A DNA stretch of 64,000 bases from Mobula hypostoma (taxonomy: Eukaryota). A program made the position numbers and the translations under genes. The notes below the pieces were generated by a model. The model was given only the letters and a program-made list of their open reading frames with translations. It searched no databases and was not told the DNA's origin. Below, piece after piece: positions 1-14,090 of this stretch; the first letter of the stretch is position 1, and the number at the start of each line of letters is the position of its first letter. The stretch lies in the NCBI RefSeq assembly GCF_963921235.1, contig NC_086097.1:103604001-103668000 (forward strand), written 5' to 3'.

Positions 1-2370
1 TGCAAGCTTGATTTCAATGTTTAAGAGTAGTTTGGATAGGTACGCAGATGGTGGGAGTACCGAAGGCTACAGTCCCTGTGAAGGTGATGGAAGTAGGCAG
101 CTTAAATATCTCAGCACAGACTAGATAGGCCAAAGGGCCTGTTTCTGTGCCATACTTTTCTGAAACTATGTCTATTCCAGATAAGAGCTGGGATCAGAGG
201 AGGGAAGAGGGTTGGTAGTGTCCGAGGAGAGGGGAGGGTTGGGGTTTCAGGGAAGGTGGGGTGGGAGGAAGATGGAGTCTCGAGGACTTGAGAAGCAGGG
301 GATTGCAGAGTGGAGGTGGGGGAAGAAAAGAGCCACATAACCATGTTAAAAGGCTGCGATAGAGTAAACATGGAGAGGATGTTTCCTATGGTGGGGGAGT
401 CTAAGGCCAGAGGATACTGCCTCAGAATAGAGGGATGTCCATTTAGAACAGAGTTAAGGAGGAACTTGTTTAGTCAGAGAATGGTGAATCTGTGAAATCT
501 GTTGCCATAGGTGGCTGTGGAGGCCAAGTCCATACATATTTAAGTGGAGGTTGGTTCTTGATTAGTTAGGCATAGGGAGAAGGCAGAACAGAGGTGAGAA
601 GGGAAATGGATCAGTTATAATCAAATGGATGAGAAAACCCGATGGGCTGAATGGCCTAATTCTGCTCCTATGTCTTATGGTCTTATGGAAAATGAGCTCT
701 GAGCAGCAGGAATGAATTTCAATCAGCTCCACAGCCCAAGTACAAAAGGCGGCAGCAGCAGTGAAAAAGAGCTTTGATCAGTGGTGAATTGGGAGGAGGG
801 AGAAAAGGCATACTGTGGTGATAGTGGATTCGTTAGTTAGGGGAATAGATTGGAGGTTCTGTGAGCGAGAATGAGATTCCTGGATGGTATGTTGTCTCCC
901 GGGAGCCAGGTTCCAGGATATCTCGGATCGAGTCCTCAGCATTCTTAAGTGGAAGGTGAACAGTCAGAAGTCGTGTTCCATGTAGGTGCCAATGACATGG
1001 ATAGGACGAATGATGCGGTTCTGCACAAGGAGTTCAGGGAGTTAGGTGCGAAGTTAATGAGCAGGACCTCCAGGGCTGTGATCTCAGGTTGGCTACTTGT
1101 GCCAAGTGCTAGTGAGGCCAGAACTAAGAAGATTATACAGTTTAATATGTGGCTAAGGAGTTGGTGTAGGAGGGGGGGGCATAAGATTTTTGGATCATTG
1201 GGCTCTCTTCCAGGGAAGGTAGGACAGAAGGGACGGTTTGTATCTGAACTGGAAAGGAAAATTGGATCTACCATGATGAAATGGTGGAGCAGACTCGACA
1301 GGCTGAAAGGCCTAATTCTGCTCCTCTGTCTTAAGGTCTTATTTTCATATCGGCTGGGACAAAATAAGGGGTACGTTGTCAGCAGTGCTAGCTGATTTAC
1401 CTCACTCAAAAGGTGGGCTGTTAGCAACAGAGTCAGGAACTCTGGGTGCATGGCACTAATGTTTAACGAGCACAACTTTATCTAATGGGAACAGTTTTAA
1501 GGTGCTTGGAAGCAGGTACAGAGGACATGTCAGGGGTAAGTTTTTTTTACGCAGAGAGTGGCGAGTGCATAGAATACGCTGCCGGTGACGGTGGTAGAGG
1601 CGGATACGATAGGGTGTTTTAAGAGACTCCTGGATAGGTACACAAGGCTTAGAAAAATAGATGGCTATGGGTACCCGAGGTAATTTCTAAAGTAAGCACA
1701 TGTTCAGCACAGCTTTGTGTATTGTGCGGTAGGTTTTCTATGTAATGACAGCAGACCATGGTTACACACAATGCTCTGAAATCCAGCACCAGTGTCAAGG
1801 CCCTTCCTCTACAATTTTAGCTGGAGCCTAACCAATATTTCATTGAGTGCTGTATATCATTCTGGTTGCCACACTACAGGGAAGACATGAATGCACTAAG
1901 CAAGGCTCAGGAGTGATCCACCAGAATATAGCTGGGATGAAGCATTTCATTTATATGGAGAGACTGGATAGATTGTTTCCTTCCTTGGAGTCAAGGAGCT
2001 GAGGGGAAACCAGGTTCTCCTATATAAAATTATGAGGTGCGAAGATAAGGACTTTTCTGTATTACAGAGGTGCCGGGGGGAGAGGTTCAGGTTTAAAGGT
2101 AGAATATATAGAGGAGATTTGAAAGAAAAATCTTTTCACTCATCAGGTCATTTTAAACTGGAGCACACAGCTTGGGGGGGGTGGGGGGAAGGGAAGTGGA
2201 AGCTGATATTCACAGAACATTAAACAATATCCAGACAAGGACTTGAAACACCAAGACTTAAGAAGATTATACAAGAGTGCTGGTAAATAGGATGAGTACA
2301 GATGGGTATATGATGTCTGCATGGACACAGTGGATTGAAGACCTTGATTTGTGAGGTATAACATGTAGCA
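1..2370 (+). mobile_element. Cluster of CR1 LINE fragments (several 3' ends plus an ORF1 SGNH-esterase remnant at ~800-1250)
   Basis: RT C-terminal peptide (RMFPMVGESKARG...FSQRMVNL), esterase-like VVFHVGANDM, and typical CR1 tails such as aatggcctaattctgctcctatgtcttatggtcttatgg. Confidence 0.8.
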
Positions 2371-2429
2371 GATGTAGGTATACAAAATAGTACAATAGCT
2401 TGCATTCTAATACTTTCATTTGCACTTAC

Positions 2430-2481
2430 CAATGTCTTGCTCCACTTCAGCATCAATTCTCCCAATCCTTGTTATTCCTTC
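2430..2481 (-). CDS. STARD9: STARD9/KIF16A coding exon (start of FHA domain), EGITRIGRIDAEVEQDI
   Basis: Hand translation. Acceptor taattttAG, donor GTaagt, 52 nt, phase 0 to 1. Resembles recalled human STARD9 EGTTKIGRIDSDQEQDI. Not in the ORF track as such. Confidence 0.92.
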
Positions 2482-3158
2482 CTAAAATTATGAAGACATG
2501 CAAATCAATTGCTTAAACTGATTAAACAGAACTCTCTGAATTACTCCAAAAATATATGAACAAGTGTTTTATTTTAAGATTAGCTAATAAGATAAATTAC
2601 ATTGGTGTATGTCTACAAAATGTTATAAAGTAAAGTCAGTGATATTTAGTTTGGGAATTGAAGTCCCAGAAAACAAAGTGTTTATGTGTGTGTGTGTATA
2701 TATATATAAAAAGCGATGTGACAGAATATCAAAGATCAAGAGTTGGACCTCTGATTTTTGTTTATGCAAGCTACTATAGTCAGAAAGTTCATTGTTAAAG
2801 GACCTTTAGAAAGGTCGATAGAAACACATTTAATAATTATCAATATTACAGAGCAAAGAAACTGCAGAAGAATATGAATGAGCAACTCAAGTTTTAGTAA
2901 AGGTATCATGAATTGAAATGGTATTTTTATATATTCTTTCAGATCATGAATGCTGTAGCAAGGTCAAATTTAAAAAAATGATGATTTTACATTTATATTG
3001 CTGAAGTATGTTCTACTGATTGCCTGTGCCAACTTCAGACATTGCATACCTTGCCACTGGTGCAGAAATCTACAACATGCCAACTGCGAAACAATGCCGA
3101 ACTATGGAGTGAGTAACAATACAAAAAGCCAGTAAATTTAGACAAGGATCCTTCAGGA

Positions 3159-3781
3159 CCACTGGGAGATCTTGCTCTGTTTGCCAGAGAAAGCAAGATC
3201 TCCCAGTGGCCACACGTTTTAAATCCTCGTCCCATTCCCATTCTGATATGTCTATCCACGGCCTCCTCTACTGTAAAGATGAAGCACACTTAGGTTGGAG
3301 GAATAACACCTTATATTCCGTCTGGGTAGCCTCCAACCTGATGGCATGAACATTGACTTCTCAAACTTCCGCTAATGTCCCGCCTCCCCCTCGTATCCCA
3401 TCTGTTATTTATTTATTGATTTATTTATATACACACATTATTTTTCTCTCTCTCCTTTTTCTCCCTCTGTTCCTCTCACTATACTCCTTGCCCATCCGCT
3501 GGGCTTCCTCCCTCCCCCTTTTCTTTCTCCCTAGGCCTCCTGTCCCATGATCCTCTCATATCCTTTTTGTCAATCACCTGTCCAGCTCTTGGCTCCATCC
3601 CTCCCCCTCCTGTCTTCTCCTATCATTTCGGATCTCCCCCTCCCCCTCCCACTTTCAAACCTCATACTAGCTCTTCTTTCAGTTAGTACCGACGAAGGGT
3701 CTCGGTCCAAAACGTCAACTGTACCTCTTCCTATAGATGCTGCCTGACCTGCTGCATTCACCAGCAACTTTTATGTGTGTT
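3159..3781 (+). mobile_element. Penelope-like element 3' fragment (GIY-YIG C-terminus plus pLTR)
   Basis: Closely matches the reverse complement of 39565-40160. Degenerate hammerhead at 3685-3720; 18-bp fold-back at the 5' junction. Confidence 0.88.
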
Positions 3782-4329
3782 ACAAAAAAAAAGGAATACA
3801 GATGTTGGAATTCTAGAATAAAAACCAAAAAATGCTGAGAATGTTCAGCATGTGAGGCAGGATATTTTGGGAAAGAAAGAATTAAAAATTCAAATCAAAG
3901 TCAGAAAAGTTAAGTTAAAGGAAAAATGAAGGTCCAAAGAGGGGGGAAGTGGAGGGAATGTAGTGAAGATGGAGACCAAGCTTTTTCAAAGTACCACAAA
4001 TGCTTTTGTAACATTCAAAGGCAGGGATATCAATGCTGGTTAATATTAGATGATCTGTTTGGAAACAAGTAAATTGAAAAATTTCTGATGGGAGTGCAGC
4101 AAAAGTAACAAATAGTGCTGGAACTGTAAGATCAGATCATGGTAATTGCCAGAAATCAGAGTTAAAAGACTCGAGTATAAATATTTAGCAGATCAGATTA
4201 TATCTGTTTAGAGACAAAAGAATGAGCTAACATTACAAGTTACTTCAAAACTGGCCCATTATGATTCAAACAGGAAAGGCTGGTTTCTGAAATTATTAAA
4301 CCTAATATTTATTACAGAATGTTGTAATG

Positions 4330-4562
4330 TGTATTTATTTAGCAGTAAGGTGTGGAGTCGGCCTTCCGGCCCTTTGATCCACACCACTCCAGCAACCCCC
4401 GACAAACCCAAACAACTCTAACCTAATCACAGGACAATTTAGAAAGCTCAATTAATCTACCCTGATTTGGACTGTGGGAGGACTCCTTACAGAATGGCAC
4501 TGGAATTCCAGAATGCCCAGAGGTGTAACAGCATTGCACTATCGCTAACATGGCCATGGCGC
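4330..4562 (-). mobile_element. tRNA-derived V-SINE (HE1-like) remnant
   Basis: Minus strand has a tRNA-like head, a V-domain-like cctcccacagtccaaa and a CR1-type tail (gggccggaaggccgac...taaataaat). Recognised from memory only. Confidence 0.5.
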
Positions 4563-4599
4563 TCATGTACGAATGTACTATGTACTAGTAACATGTACA

Positions 4600-5750
4600 A
4601 ATGTGCTGCTAGAAGATGAGATGGTGCTCCTTGAGCTTATCCTGTGCTTTGTTGGAACAGTGGAGGAGGTCGACGACAGAGGTCAGAGTAGAAGTGGGAT
4701 GGACAGGTTGAAGCTTAGTATTACTACTGTGGACTGAATAGAAGAGCCCTGTAATCTGCATTTGATTTCTTCCATGTCGAGGAGGCTGTTCCAGAGCACT
4801 GAATTTAGTGCACAAAATTGGAAGTATAAGGATCTCTACTTTACTTGGAATGACACTTTAATTGAGCAGTACTTTTAGGGAAAATCAACAATTCTTTCCC
4901 CAAAGATGCTGCCTGATTTGCTGAGCATTCCCAAAATTTCATATTTTTTTCAGATCTCCATTTATAACACCTCAGGAAATCCACCCTTCCAATTAATTTC
5001 TTCCATCATCCAGGGGCCCCAAACAGTTTTTCCACGTAAAGCAGTAATTCATTTGCACTGCTTCCAATGTTGTGCATTGCTTTCAGTTCACAAGTTTCCA
5101 GTCACCTGTCAATTCATTTCTCCATCTCTTTTCCAGTCCAACCTCTGTTTTGGTTTCCTATACTAATCAAACAAAGCCTAATACATAAGCTAGACAATCA
5201 GCACCTCACCTTTTGCATGGGCTTGTTGCAACCTCTGGAGTTTAATACTGCACATAAAAAATTCAGATAAGCAGCCTTTCGAGTTCTGATTCAAGGTCAT
5301 CGACTTGTAACATGAAGTCAGTGTTTCTCTTTTCACAGATGCTGTCTGATCTGCTGAGTATTCCTGGCATTCAACTTCAGATTTCTAGCAACTGCCAAAT
5401 TCTACTTTTCACTTTTCCGGCATGTTGCTTCTTTCCGTTGCCAGCAATCACCTTCTTTTACTTACACTCCTTCAAACACATTGGTATTGACGGAATTGTA
5501 TTAATTTTTAATTCTTATACAACACCAAAAAAAGTTGTGTCACCAGGACAACCTTGGTCTCCATCTTTTCAGATATCCCCTGTGTTCTCTCTATTCCTCC
5601 CCAACTCTGCAAATAAAACCATGCTCATTTCCTCACTTCTCCAGTTGTGAAGATTTATAGATCAGAAACATTAACTCTGTTTTCTCTCTACAGATGTTAC
5701 ATAAACCTGAGCCATGCCACTATTTTCTATTCTACTTCTGTCAAATGGAA
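4600..5750. mobile_element. Old Penelope-like remnants in both orientations
   Basis: Peptides KLKEHHLIF (-) and KLDNQHLTFCMGLLQPLEFN (+) resemble the GIY-YIG tail RLEEQHLIFRLGSLQPDGMN. pLTR-like cagatgctg...ctgctgag repeats; decayed hammerhead-like motifs near 5282 and 5643. Confidence 0.6.
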
Positions 5751-5820
5751 ATTTGTATCCACATTTCATATGACTAAAATGCATTACTTGTACAAATGGG
5801 ACATTGAAAATAACCAATGA

Positions 5821-8800
5821 GGGTTCCGGTGACGCCATCGTTCAGAATGGCAGCTTAAATCAATAGCTCCTCTGAAAAAACGCATATTTTGCCCCGTTAA
5901 TCCATCATATACAAGATCTTTCGAAAATACCTTTATTGATAAGGGGAGCAAGAATGGGGAAAAAGAATGGAGATATAAAAAGCACCGCTGCGGAGCCTAT
6001 GGAAGAGAGAGGTTCAGCGCGCGGCTCTCCTACACGTGCGCGTGGCGGCGAAGCTGACGCAGGGCCTCGTGCAGGCGAAGCGGCAAATATGATAAGGATT
6101 CTGGAGGAGGTAAGGGAAGTCCAAAAAGATATAAAACAGCAACTCAATGATGCTGATGTCAATCAGAAAATAGCAGTGGCAGAGTCTCGAATTGAGAAGG
6201 TGGAAGATCACGAGCAAAATGTGGAACAGATACGAGTAAGACGATAAAAATATTAAATCAACAGGGAAGTAAATTGCTTGACCAGGAGGAAAGATCATGA
6301 CGGAAAAATATCAGGATTTATAATGTTCCCGAAGGAGCGGAGGGATTGTCGATGATGGACTTTGTAGATAAGCTGCTGTGGTAAGCGCTGGAGATTCCCC
6401 CGACAATGGAGATTGAAATTGAGAGAACGCATCATTCGCTCGTCCCGTGGCCCTCTGGAGACAGAGAAAGTAAACCACGCTCAATAGTACTTAAATTCTT
6501 TCAAGTCAAGAGCAAGACGGAGATTCTACGAAGGACCTGGGGTAAGAAGAGGGTTTTTTTGGAACGGTAAGTTAATATACTTCCATCATGATTAGCCCTC
6601 AGTGCTCCTACAGAAACGGAAGGAATATTCCAAAGCGAAACGAATATTAAAGCAAGTAAAGATTAAATTCCAAACCCTGCACCCTGCTAAACTGAGGGTA
6701 TTTTACCAAGAAGGGATACGACTATACCAGACGGTGGAAGAGGCGACTACAGACATGAACAATTAGCGTATTTCCCGAACTGCTTGGGAAATAGTAAGCG
6801 TCCTGAGAAAGCAGGGGACGGGAGCAGGACGAGAGAAGGATATTAGGAAGAGACTGTCAGTTCTCCGAGGGCAGCCCTCACCTCTTCCAGAAGAGCCATA
6901 AGGTTTGGCTAACTTTTAAAGTGCTGATACACTAAACAGAAGCAAAAATAGACAGTGATATACCTATCTCGAGAAATACGTATTAAAATGTGGATTTTAT
7001 ATTCTTGGCTCTATCCCTCCCCCTCCTGTCTTCTCCTATCATTTTGGATCTCCCCCTCCCCCTCCAACTTTTAAATCCCTTACTCACTCTTCCTTCAGTT
7101 AGTCCTGACGAAGGGTCTCGGCCTGAGACATCGACTGCACCTCTTCCTACAGATGCTGCCTGGCCTGCTGCGTTCACCAGCAACTTTGATGTGTGTTGCG
7201 TGGATTTTATATTACTCAATTTTTAAAATTCATTTGTTCATTCCCTTTTCCCCACCTAAATGAGAATATATACATGGGAGGAATACACAGGGAAATCATT
7301 TCTGTGTAATGGACACAGTTTTTTTACTTTTATAGGTACTGCAACAGGGGCCCTCAACCCACAGGTAGGAGGGGCTATCCCCCACAGCTCGACTTTTTTT
7401 CTAGCCCAACCCAGGGTCACCTAGAGACCCCAGCCTTGGAATCACACCTTTGTTACCTTTTTTTTATTATTTGCGTTTCTTGGCTCTTATTTGTTCAGGG
7501 AGTAGATCGATTAAGTTATACTCTGCAAATTTCAATGATATACTAACAGATAAATACACATGGCTAAGGACAAGGTAAAATTCATTTCTTTTAATGTCAG
7601 TGGACAGTCAAGCGCAGTAAAATTCTATCAAAAATGAAAAAAGAACAGGCCCATGTATATTTACAGGAAACTCACTTAAGTGATAATGAGCATGGAAAAT
7701 TAAAGAGAATGGACTTCACTAATTTGTTTTTCTCCTCATATAAATCAGGACATAGAAGAGGAGTTGCTATTCTCATCTCAAGCAAGCTAAAATTTGAAAA
7801 AGTATTTCAAATGGAAGATAAGGAGGGCAGATATATTCTAGTAAGGGGGAATATAGATGGAAATCCAGTTATTTTATTGAATATATACACCCCCCCCAGG
7901 AAGTGATATTAGTTTCTTACAGAAAATTACTAATATTATGGTAACAGAAACAGAAGGCCTCATGATATGTGGGGGAGACTTAAATTTACAATGACAACCA
8001 AAGTTAGACTCTTCCAATAGAAAAACTTATGAAACAAAGTCCTTACATAAGAAAGTTAACACTCTTTTTGAGGATGTTGGTCTAATTGATACATGGAGGG
8101 ACCTTTTCCCCGACAGAAGGGATTACACTCATTATTCTGCCCCCCATTCCGTATATACAAGAATAGACTACTTTATAACATTTGGAAAAGATAGAGACAA
8201 AAAAAAAATCACCTGTGGAATTGTGACCATGCACCTATGTACTTATCTGTTTATTTTGACCTACAACCAAAGAATACTATTTGGAAACTAAATTCAAATC
8301 GACTCAATGATCCCTATTTTAAAGAATAAATTAAAAAAGAAATTGGTCTTTACTTAGAATTCAATGATAATGGAGAGGTTTCACCTCCCATTCTATGCGA
8401 TACTCTGAAGGCCATCTTAAGAGGGAAAATTATAGCGATATCTTCATGTAAGACGAAAATAAGGAATAGAACATTAGAGGAATTACAAAATAAGCTGAAG
8501 GAACTAGAAAAAAAACAAATTGAGTTTGGCACAGGATACACTAGAGGAAATTTAAAACATTAGGAATGAAATTAATAGTTTGGCTACACAAGAAATCAGA
8601 AAAAATTTAATGTTTCTGAAACAGAGACACATGAAAGTGGATCTAAATCTATGAAAATACTGGAGTGGAAACTGAAAAAAAAGATAGCAGAAAATAGAAT
8701 TCATAGAATAAGGGATTCAAGAACAAAAGTGATAAAAAAAAATAAGCCAAGTGAAATTCAAGAAGTTTTTGAAATCATTTTACAAAACTCTATATTCCAA

Positions 8801-11535
8801 AGTTCCAGGGGGAAGCATAATCCAGATTGACACCTTCCTGAATTCTTTAGAGTTACCCACTTTAAGCAAAGAACAAAATAGAATGATGACTGCTGACATA
8901 ACTGAAGCTGAACTAAAAAATGCAATTAGTAGGCTTAAATTAAGTAAGTCACCAGGATCAGCTGGATATACAGCAGAGTGGTATAAAGAGTTCAGAAATG
9001 AGTTAATTCCTGTTTTGCTCCCCACACTGAACTGGGCTCTAGGAAAGGCACAAATGCCACCCAGCTGGAAGGAGGCGATAATCTCAGCTATACCGAAAGA
9101 AGGCAAGGATAAAATGGAATGTGGGTCATTTAGACCAATATCTGTTCTTAATGTAGATTATAGATTATTTACCTCCATCATGGCCAAATGATTAGAAGAT
9201 TTACTACCCACACTGATACACAATGATCAGACAGGTTTTATACAACAGCGCCAAACACAAGACAATATACGAACGACACTTCACATTATGGATCATATTA
9301 AAAAAATGAAATTGAAGCAATAGTGATAAGTGTGGATGCTGAAAAGGCATTTGATTTAATTGAAATTTTCTTTACAGAGTTTTACATAGATTTCGTCTAC
9401 ATGACACAATTATTAAAACTATACAGGCACTATACGACAATCCTACTGCCAGGATTAAAATCAATGGATATTTATCTAATAGTTTTACCCCAGAAAGGGG
9501 CACAAGACAGGGTTGTGCATGGTCACCGCTACTCTTCACATTATATCTGGAACCATTAGCTCAATACATCAGACAAAATGAAGATATCAGGGGAATTACT
9601 ATTAAAGAGACAGAGCATAAATTGGCCTGTTATGTGGATGACATTAACCAACGTACCCTTTACCTAAATTGAAGCAATCCTTTGAACAATATGGCTAATT
9701 ATCAGGATACAAGATCAACATAGATAAAACCCAACTACTTTCATATAACTACAGGCCACCAAGAGAAATTGAAAGTAGATATCTGTTTGGGCATAGCAAA
9801 CAGAATCCTTCAAATATTTGGGCATCATTATGCCAAAAGATTTGGCAAAATTATCAGAATGCAATTATCAGCCTATATATCAAAAAATTAAGGAAGATAT
9901 AACAAGATGGAACCTAATTCTTTTTCTTGGTCTCAGTTCAAGGATTGAATCTATTAAAATGAATATACTGCCCAGACTACTATATCTCTTTCAGACCCTG
10001 CCAATAGAGATTAACCAAAATTAATTCAATGAATGGAACAAGATGCTATCAAGATATATATGGCAAGGTAAAAGGCTGAGGGTTCGTCTCAAAACTTTGC
10101 AATTAGCCAAGGAAAAGGGGGGATGGGGCCTACCTTCTCTTGGAGATTATTATTTTGCAGCACAGTTGAGAGCCGTGATATGCTGGTGCAACCCATCATA
10201 TGGCGCTCAATGGAAAAACATTGAGGAGAGGATACTTCCCATCCCCACACAGGCAATTTTGACTGATAACAACATACAAAGTTACATAAATAATATTGAC
10301 AGCCCATGGGTGAAATGGACTCTTAAAATATGGAAAACTATTATAAAAGAATATAAACTAGAGAGAGACATTGCAATTCTTAAATGGTGTGCATATGACT
10401 CGGATTTTACGCCGAATAAACTGGATGCTAGATTTAAGGACTGGACAGCTAAAGGAATAACAGCTATTTGCAATATAATGAAAGAAGGAACACTGTTCAG
10501 TTTTGAAATTCTCAAAGAGAAATATTTATTCGAAAAACAAGACCTTTACCGGTATTTACAGATACGACAGTATGTTAATAGGAAGGTTAAAAATGTAACC
10601 AAGGCAAGTACATGTCTGATAGAGCTATTTAGAAAAGCATATAATCCAGACAACAGTAGTAGAATAATTTTAAGCATTTATAAGGGTTTGTCAAATCTTA
10701 AAACACATTTGACTTCATACATTAAAACAAAATGGGAGAAGGAAGGAGGGATAATAATATCTGAGGAAGACTGGACAATAATATGGAGGTATCAATGGAA
10801 GTGTACCAGGTCACAGAAATGGAGGGAGTTCGGGTGGAAAAACTTGGTAAGATATTTTATTACACCCTTTCAGAACTCACATTATAATAGTAATTCCCCT
10901 GCTTGCTGGAGAAATTGTGGAAATCAAAATGCAAACCATTATCATATTTTCTGGGATTGCCCCATTATCAAAGACCATTGGAGTGGGATACATAATGCCC
11001 TACAAGACATCTTTAAATGTGAAATACCCTTAGAGAGTAAGACCATATATTTTGGGTATGTACCTCAAGAATGGTTGAAAAGAGATAAATATTTAATGAA
11101 TGTACTGCTGGTGGCTGGTAAAAAGACCCTTACTAGGAAATGGTTATCTCAGGAGAGCCCAACTTTAAATGCATGGATGGAAATTACAATGGACATTTAC
11201 AAAATGGAGAAGATAACAGCATCTGTTAATCATAACATGGAACAATTTTATTCATACTGGAAAAATGGTTTAACTACATAATACCTCATAGGCCTGATTT
11301 TATTCTCACAAGTCAATGAATATGTTGTAAAAAAAATCACTCCCTACTCCGTACAGAGTTTTCTTCTTTTGATTGTTCTTTCTTTCCTCTCCTTTCTATA
11401 AGTGTATATTTCAGATAAATATTATGTGGAGATTTGTGACAAATATGACTGTATGATATATGTCCTTAATCTGAAATACATCTTATGGAAATGTTTGTTT
11501 GCTGATGAAATTCAATAAAAAATTACAAAAAAAAA
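5821..11535 (+). mobile_element. Full-length L1-clade LINE (ORF1 ~5954-6900, ORF2 ~7560-11330, both disrupted)
   Basis: 15-bp TSD GAAAATAACCAATGA at 5806-5820 and 11536-11550. AATAAA at 11514 then an A-tail. ORF1 RKNIRIYNVPE/PRSIVLKF; ORF2 APE endonuclease (YLQETH), RT (DAEKAFD, YVDD) and C-terminal CWRNC...HIFWDC knuckle. Several stops and frameshifts. Confidence 0.95.
7004..7199 (+). mobile_element. Solo Penelope pLTR fragment nested in the L1 inter-ORF region
   Basis: 14-bp TSD GTGGATTTTATATT at 6990-7003 and 7200-7213. Hammerhead motif at 7101-7136 with GAAA changed to GAGA. Confidence 0.9.
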
Positions 11536-12639
11536 GAAAATAACCAATGAATATTTAAACACAGCAAACAATTTAAGTTTAGCAGGCACAACATGTGAAA
11601 GGATAACTGATCATCAATAGTATCCTTACTTACAGTTCAGCTGGTCCTATAGAAAGATAAACAAGCGAAGAAAACAAAAGGAAGAAAGATAATTCAAAGA
11701 AGAAAATATATGGTGAATTATAATAATTTCCTTATAAATTTATTAATGTATAACACTTGTGTAATACTTGACCTCTTTCCATTACAGATTTGTTTCTATC
11801 CATATTAATAATACTAAAATGATCACTGTTCTTCTGAGCCTTCAAATTTAATTTCCAAGAAAACTTCAGTATGAATCTCACTGCACAATGTCTCACACTA
11901 ACTCATTATTTCCCAAACTAGCTCAATTTCTGTCTCACTAGCTAGAATAATTTCTGTCTCACTTTGTAGACTGCGTATAAATTAGTATATCCAAGAACAC
12001 TGTGGGAAGCTAGAGAGGAAATTGCGGGAGATCTGCCGAAGATGTATGCAGCATCATTAGTGACGGGTGAAGAGCCAGAAGACAGGAGGGCAGAGAGGGC
12101 TGCATCTTTATCTAAGAAAAGCTGCAAAGAATAAATTGGTAACTACAGCCTAACATTTAAGGAATACAAGCACTCGGAAAGACTGAAATAGTCAGCCCTT
12201 TTTGTGTGTGGAAGATCACATCTCATGAATTTGATTATGTTTTTGTGAAGTAACCAAAATGATTGATGAAGGCAGAGCTATCAACGTCTATATGGATTTC
12301 AGGAAGGCCTCTGATAAATTTCCAGGCTGCTATGTTAAGTTAGACTGCATGGAATTCAGAGAGAGCTAGCTAATTGGCTTAATGATAGGAAAAGAGGGTG
12401 AGGGTGAGGGTGAGGGTGAAAGGCTATTTTTCGAACTGGAGGCCAGTGACTGACGATATTGCAGAATTTAATAATGGACTATTGTAAAACTATTGCTAGT
12501 TTATATTAATCTCAAAGTAAGGTCTAAACCAGTAAGTACAGCAAAGCAACATATGCTGATGATATTCAATCTTCATAGCTCACTGTCTGCTTTACACCAT
12601 GCATATTTTGAACAGAATTTGAATGTTTTGAATGTATTC

Positions 12640-14090
12640 TATGCATGCCTTGACCAGAAAGGGACTGGAATGTCACCACCCACTCTGACAGCCTCCAATG
12701 CATCTAAACCTACAGTCACCACTGCAAATATAAAATTAATCTTCTGGAGGAGTGGACCCATGGAAAGCAACTGGCCCAGATGGTGTACCTAGCTGTGTTC
12801 TTCGATTCTGCGTGGATCAGCTGGCAGGGGTACATGTAGACATTTTTAACAACTCTCTGCTTCAATCTAAGGCTCCCATCTGTTTTAATAAGACCACTAT
12901 CATCCCAGTACCTACCAAAACACAAGGTAACGTGCCTTAATGACTATTGCTTGGTGGCTCTGACATATTGAAATGCTTCAAGAGGGTGATCATGGAATGC
13001 ATGAATTCCAGCCTCCTAGACCACCTTGATCACCAACTGCCAAAACAGGTCGATGGCAGAAGCCATTTCCCTGCCCCTACACTCATCTCTGAAGCAGTGG
13101 ACAGGAAAGACACCTATGAAAAAACTTATGCTTATTGACTAGAGTTCCACCTTTCATAGTATAATTCCAAGCAAACTCATCTACAAACTTCTAAACCTGG
13201 GACTAAACACCTCCCTTTGTAACCTGATCCTTGACTTCCTGACCAACAGACTGCAATTTGTAAGGATAGGTAGCACAACCTCTGCCACGATTATTCTCAG
13301 CTTTGGCAAGCCACAAGGCTGCATCCTCAGCCCCTACTCTACTCACAACTGTGTGGCCCAATTCCACTCCAAATCCATCTACACATTTGCATATGATACC
13401 ATTCTAGTGGACCGTATCTCAAATACTGATGAGTTGGAGTACAGAAGGAGCCAGAAAGCCTAATGACATGTTATCACGATAACAACCTTTTCCACAAAGT
13501 CAGCTGAACCAGTCAATGATTTGAGAAAAGGGGGTCGTGCACATGTTCCTATTTACATTAACAATGCTCAGGTCAAAAGGGTTGAGAGTTTCAAGTTCCT
13601 AGGAATGAAGCTCATCAATAGCCTATCCTGGTCTAACCATGTTAATGCCATGGTACGAAAGCTCACCGGTGCCTCTATTTCCTCATGAGGCTAAAGAAAT
13701 TTGACATGTCCTATTTGACCCTCACGAATTTTTATTGTTGCCCACAGAAAGCATCTTGTCTGGATACATCACAGCTTGGTATGGCTGCATCTCTGCCTAT
13801 GAATGCAAAAAAACTGCAGAGAGCTATGGACACGTCTTAGCACATCACAAAAACCAGCTTCCCTTACATGTAGACACGTACTACCGTGCTCAAAGACAGC
13901 TTCTATTCCACTGTTATAAAAGCATGGAATATTTCTCTAGTATGATAAGATAGGCTCTTGACCTCACAATCTACCCTGTTGTGAGCTTGCACCTTACTGT
14001 CTACCTGCACAGCACTTCCTCTGTACTGTACCACTTTATTCTGCACTGTTGTTGTTTTACCTTGTACTACCTCAATATGTGACAACGATA
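12640..14090 (+). mobile_element. Rex1/Babar-type LINE RT fragment (decayed)
   Basis: GPDGVPSCVLRFCVDQLAGVHVDIFNNSL...TTIIPVP and ESILSGYITAWYG, typical of Rex1/Babar RT. Confidence 0.8.

Noticed and set aside
2685..2708. (TG)n(TA)n microsatellite
   Set aside because: Short, ordinary simple repeat.
10043..11281. 412-aa ORF as an independent or domesticated gene
   Set aside because: It is the C-terminal part of L1 ORF2 inside a TSD-bounded element with upstream stops.
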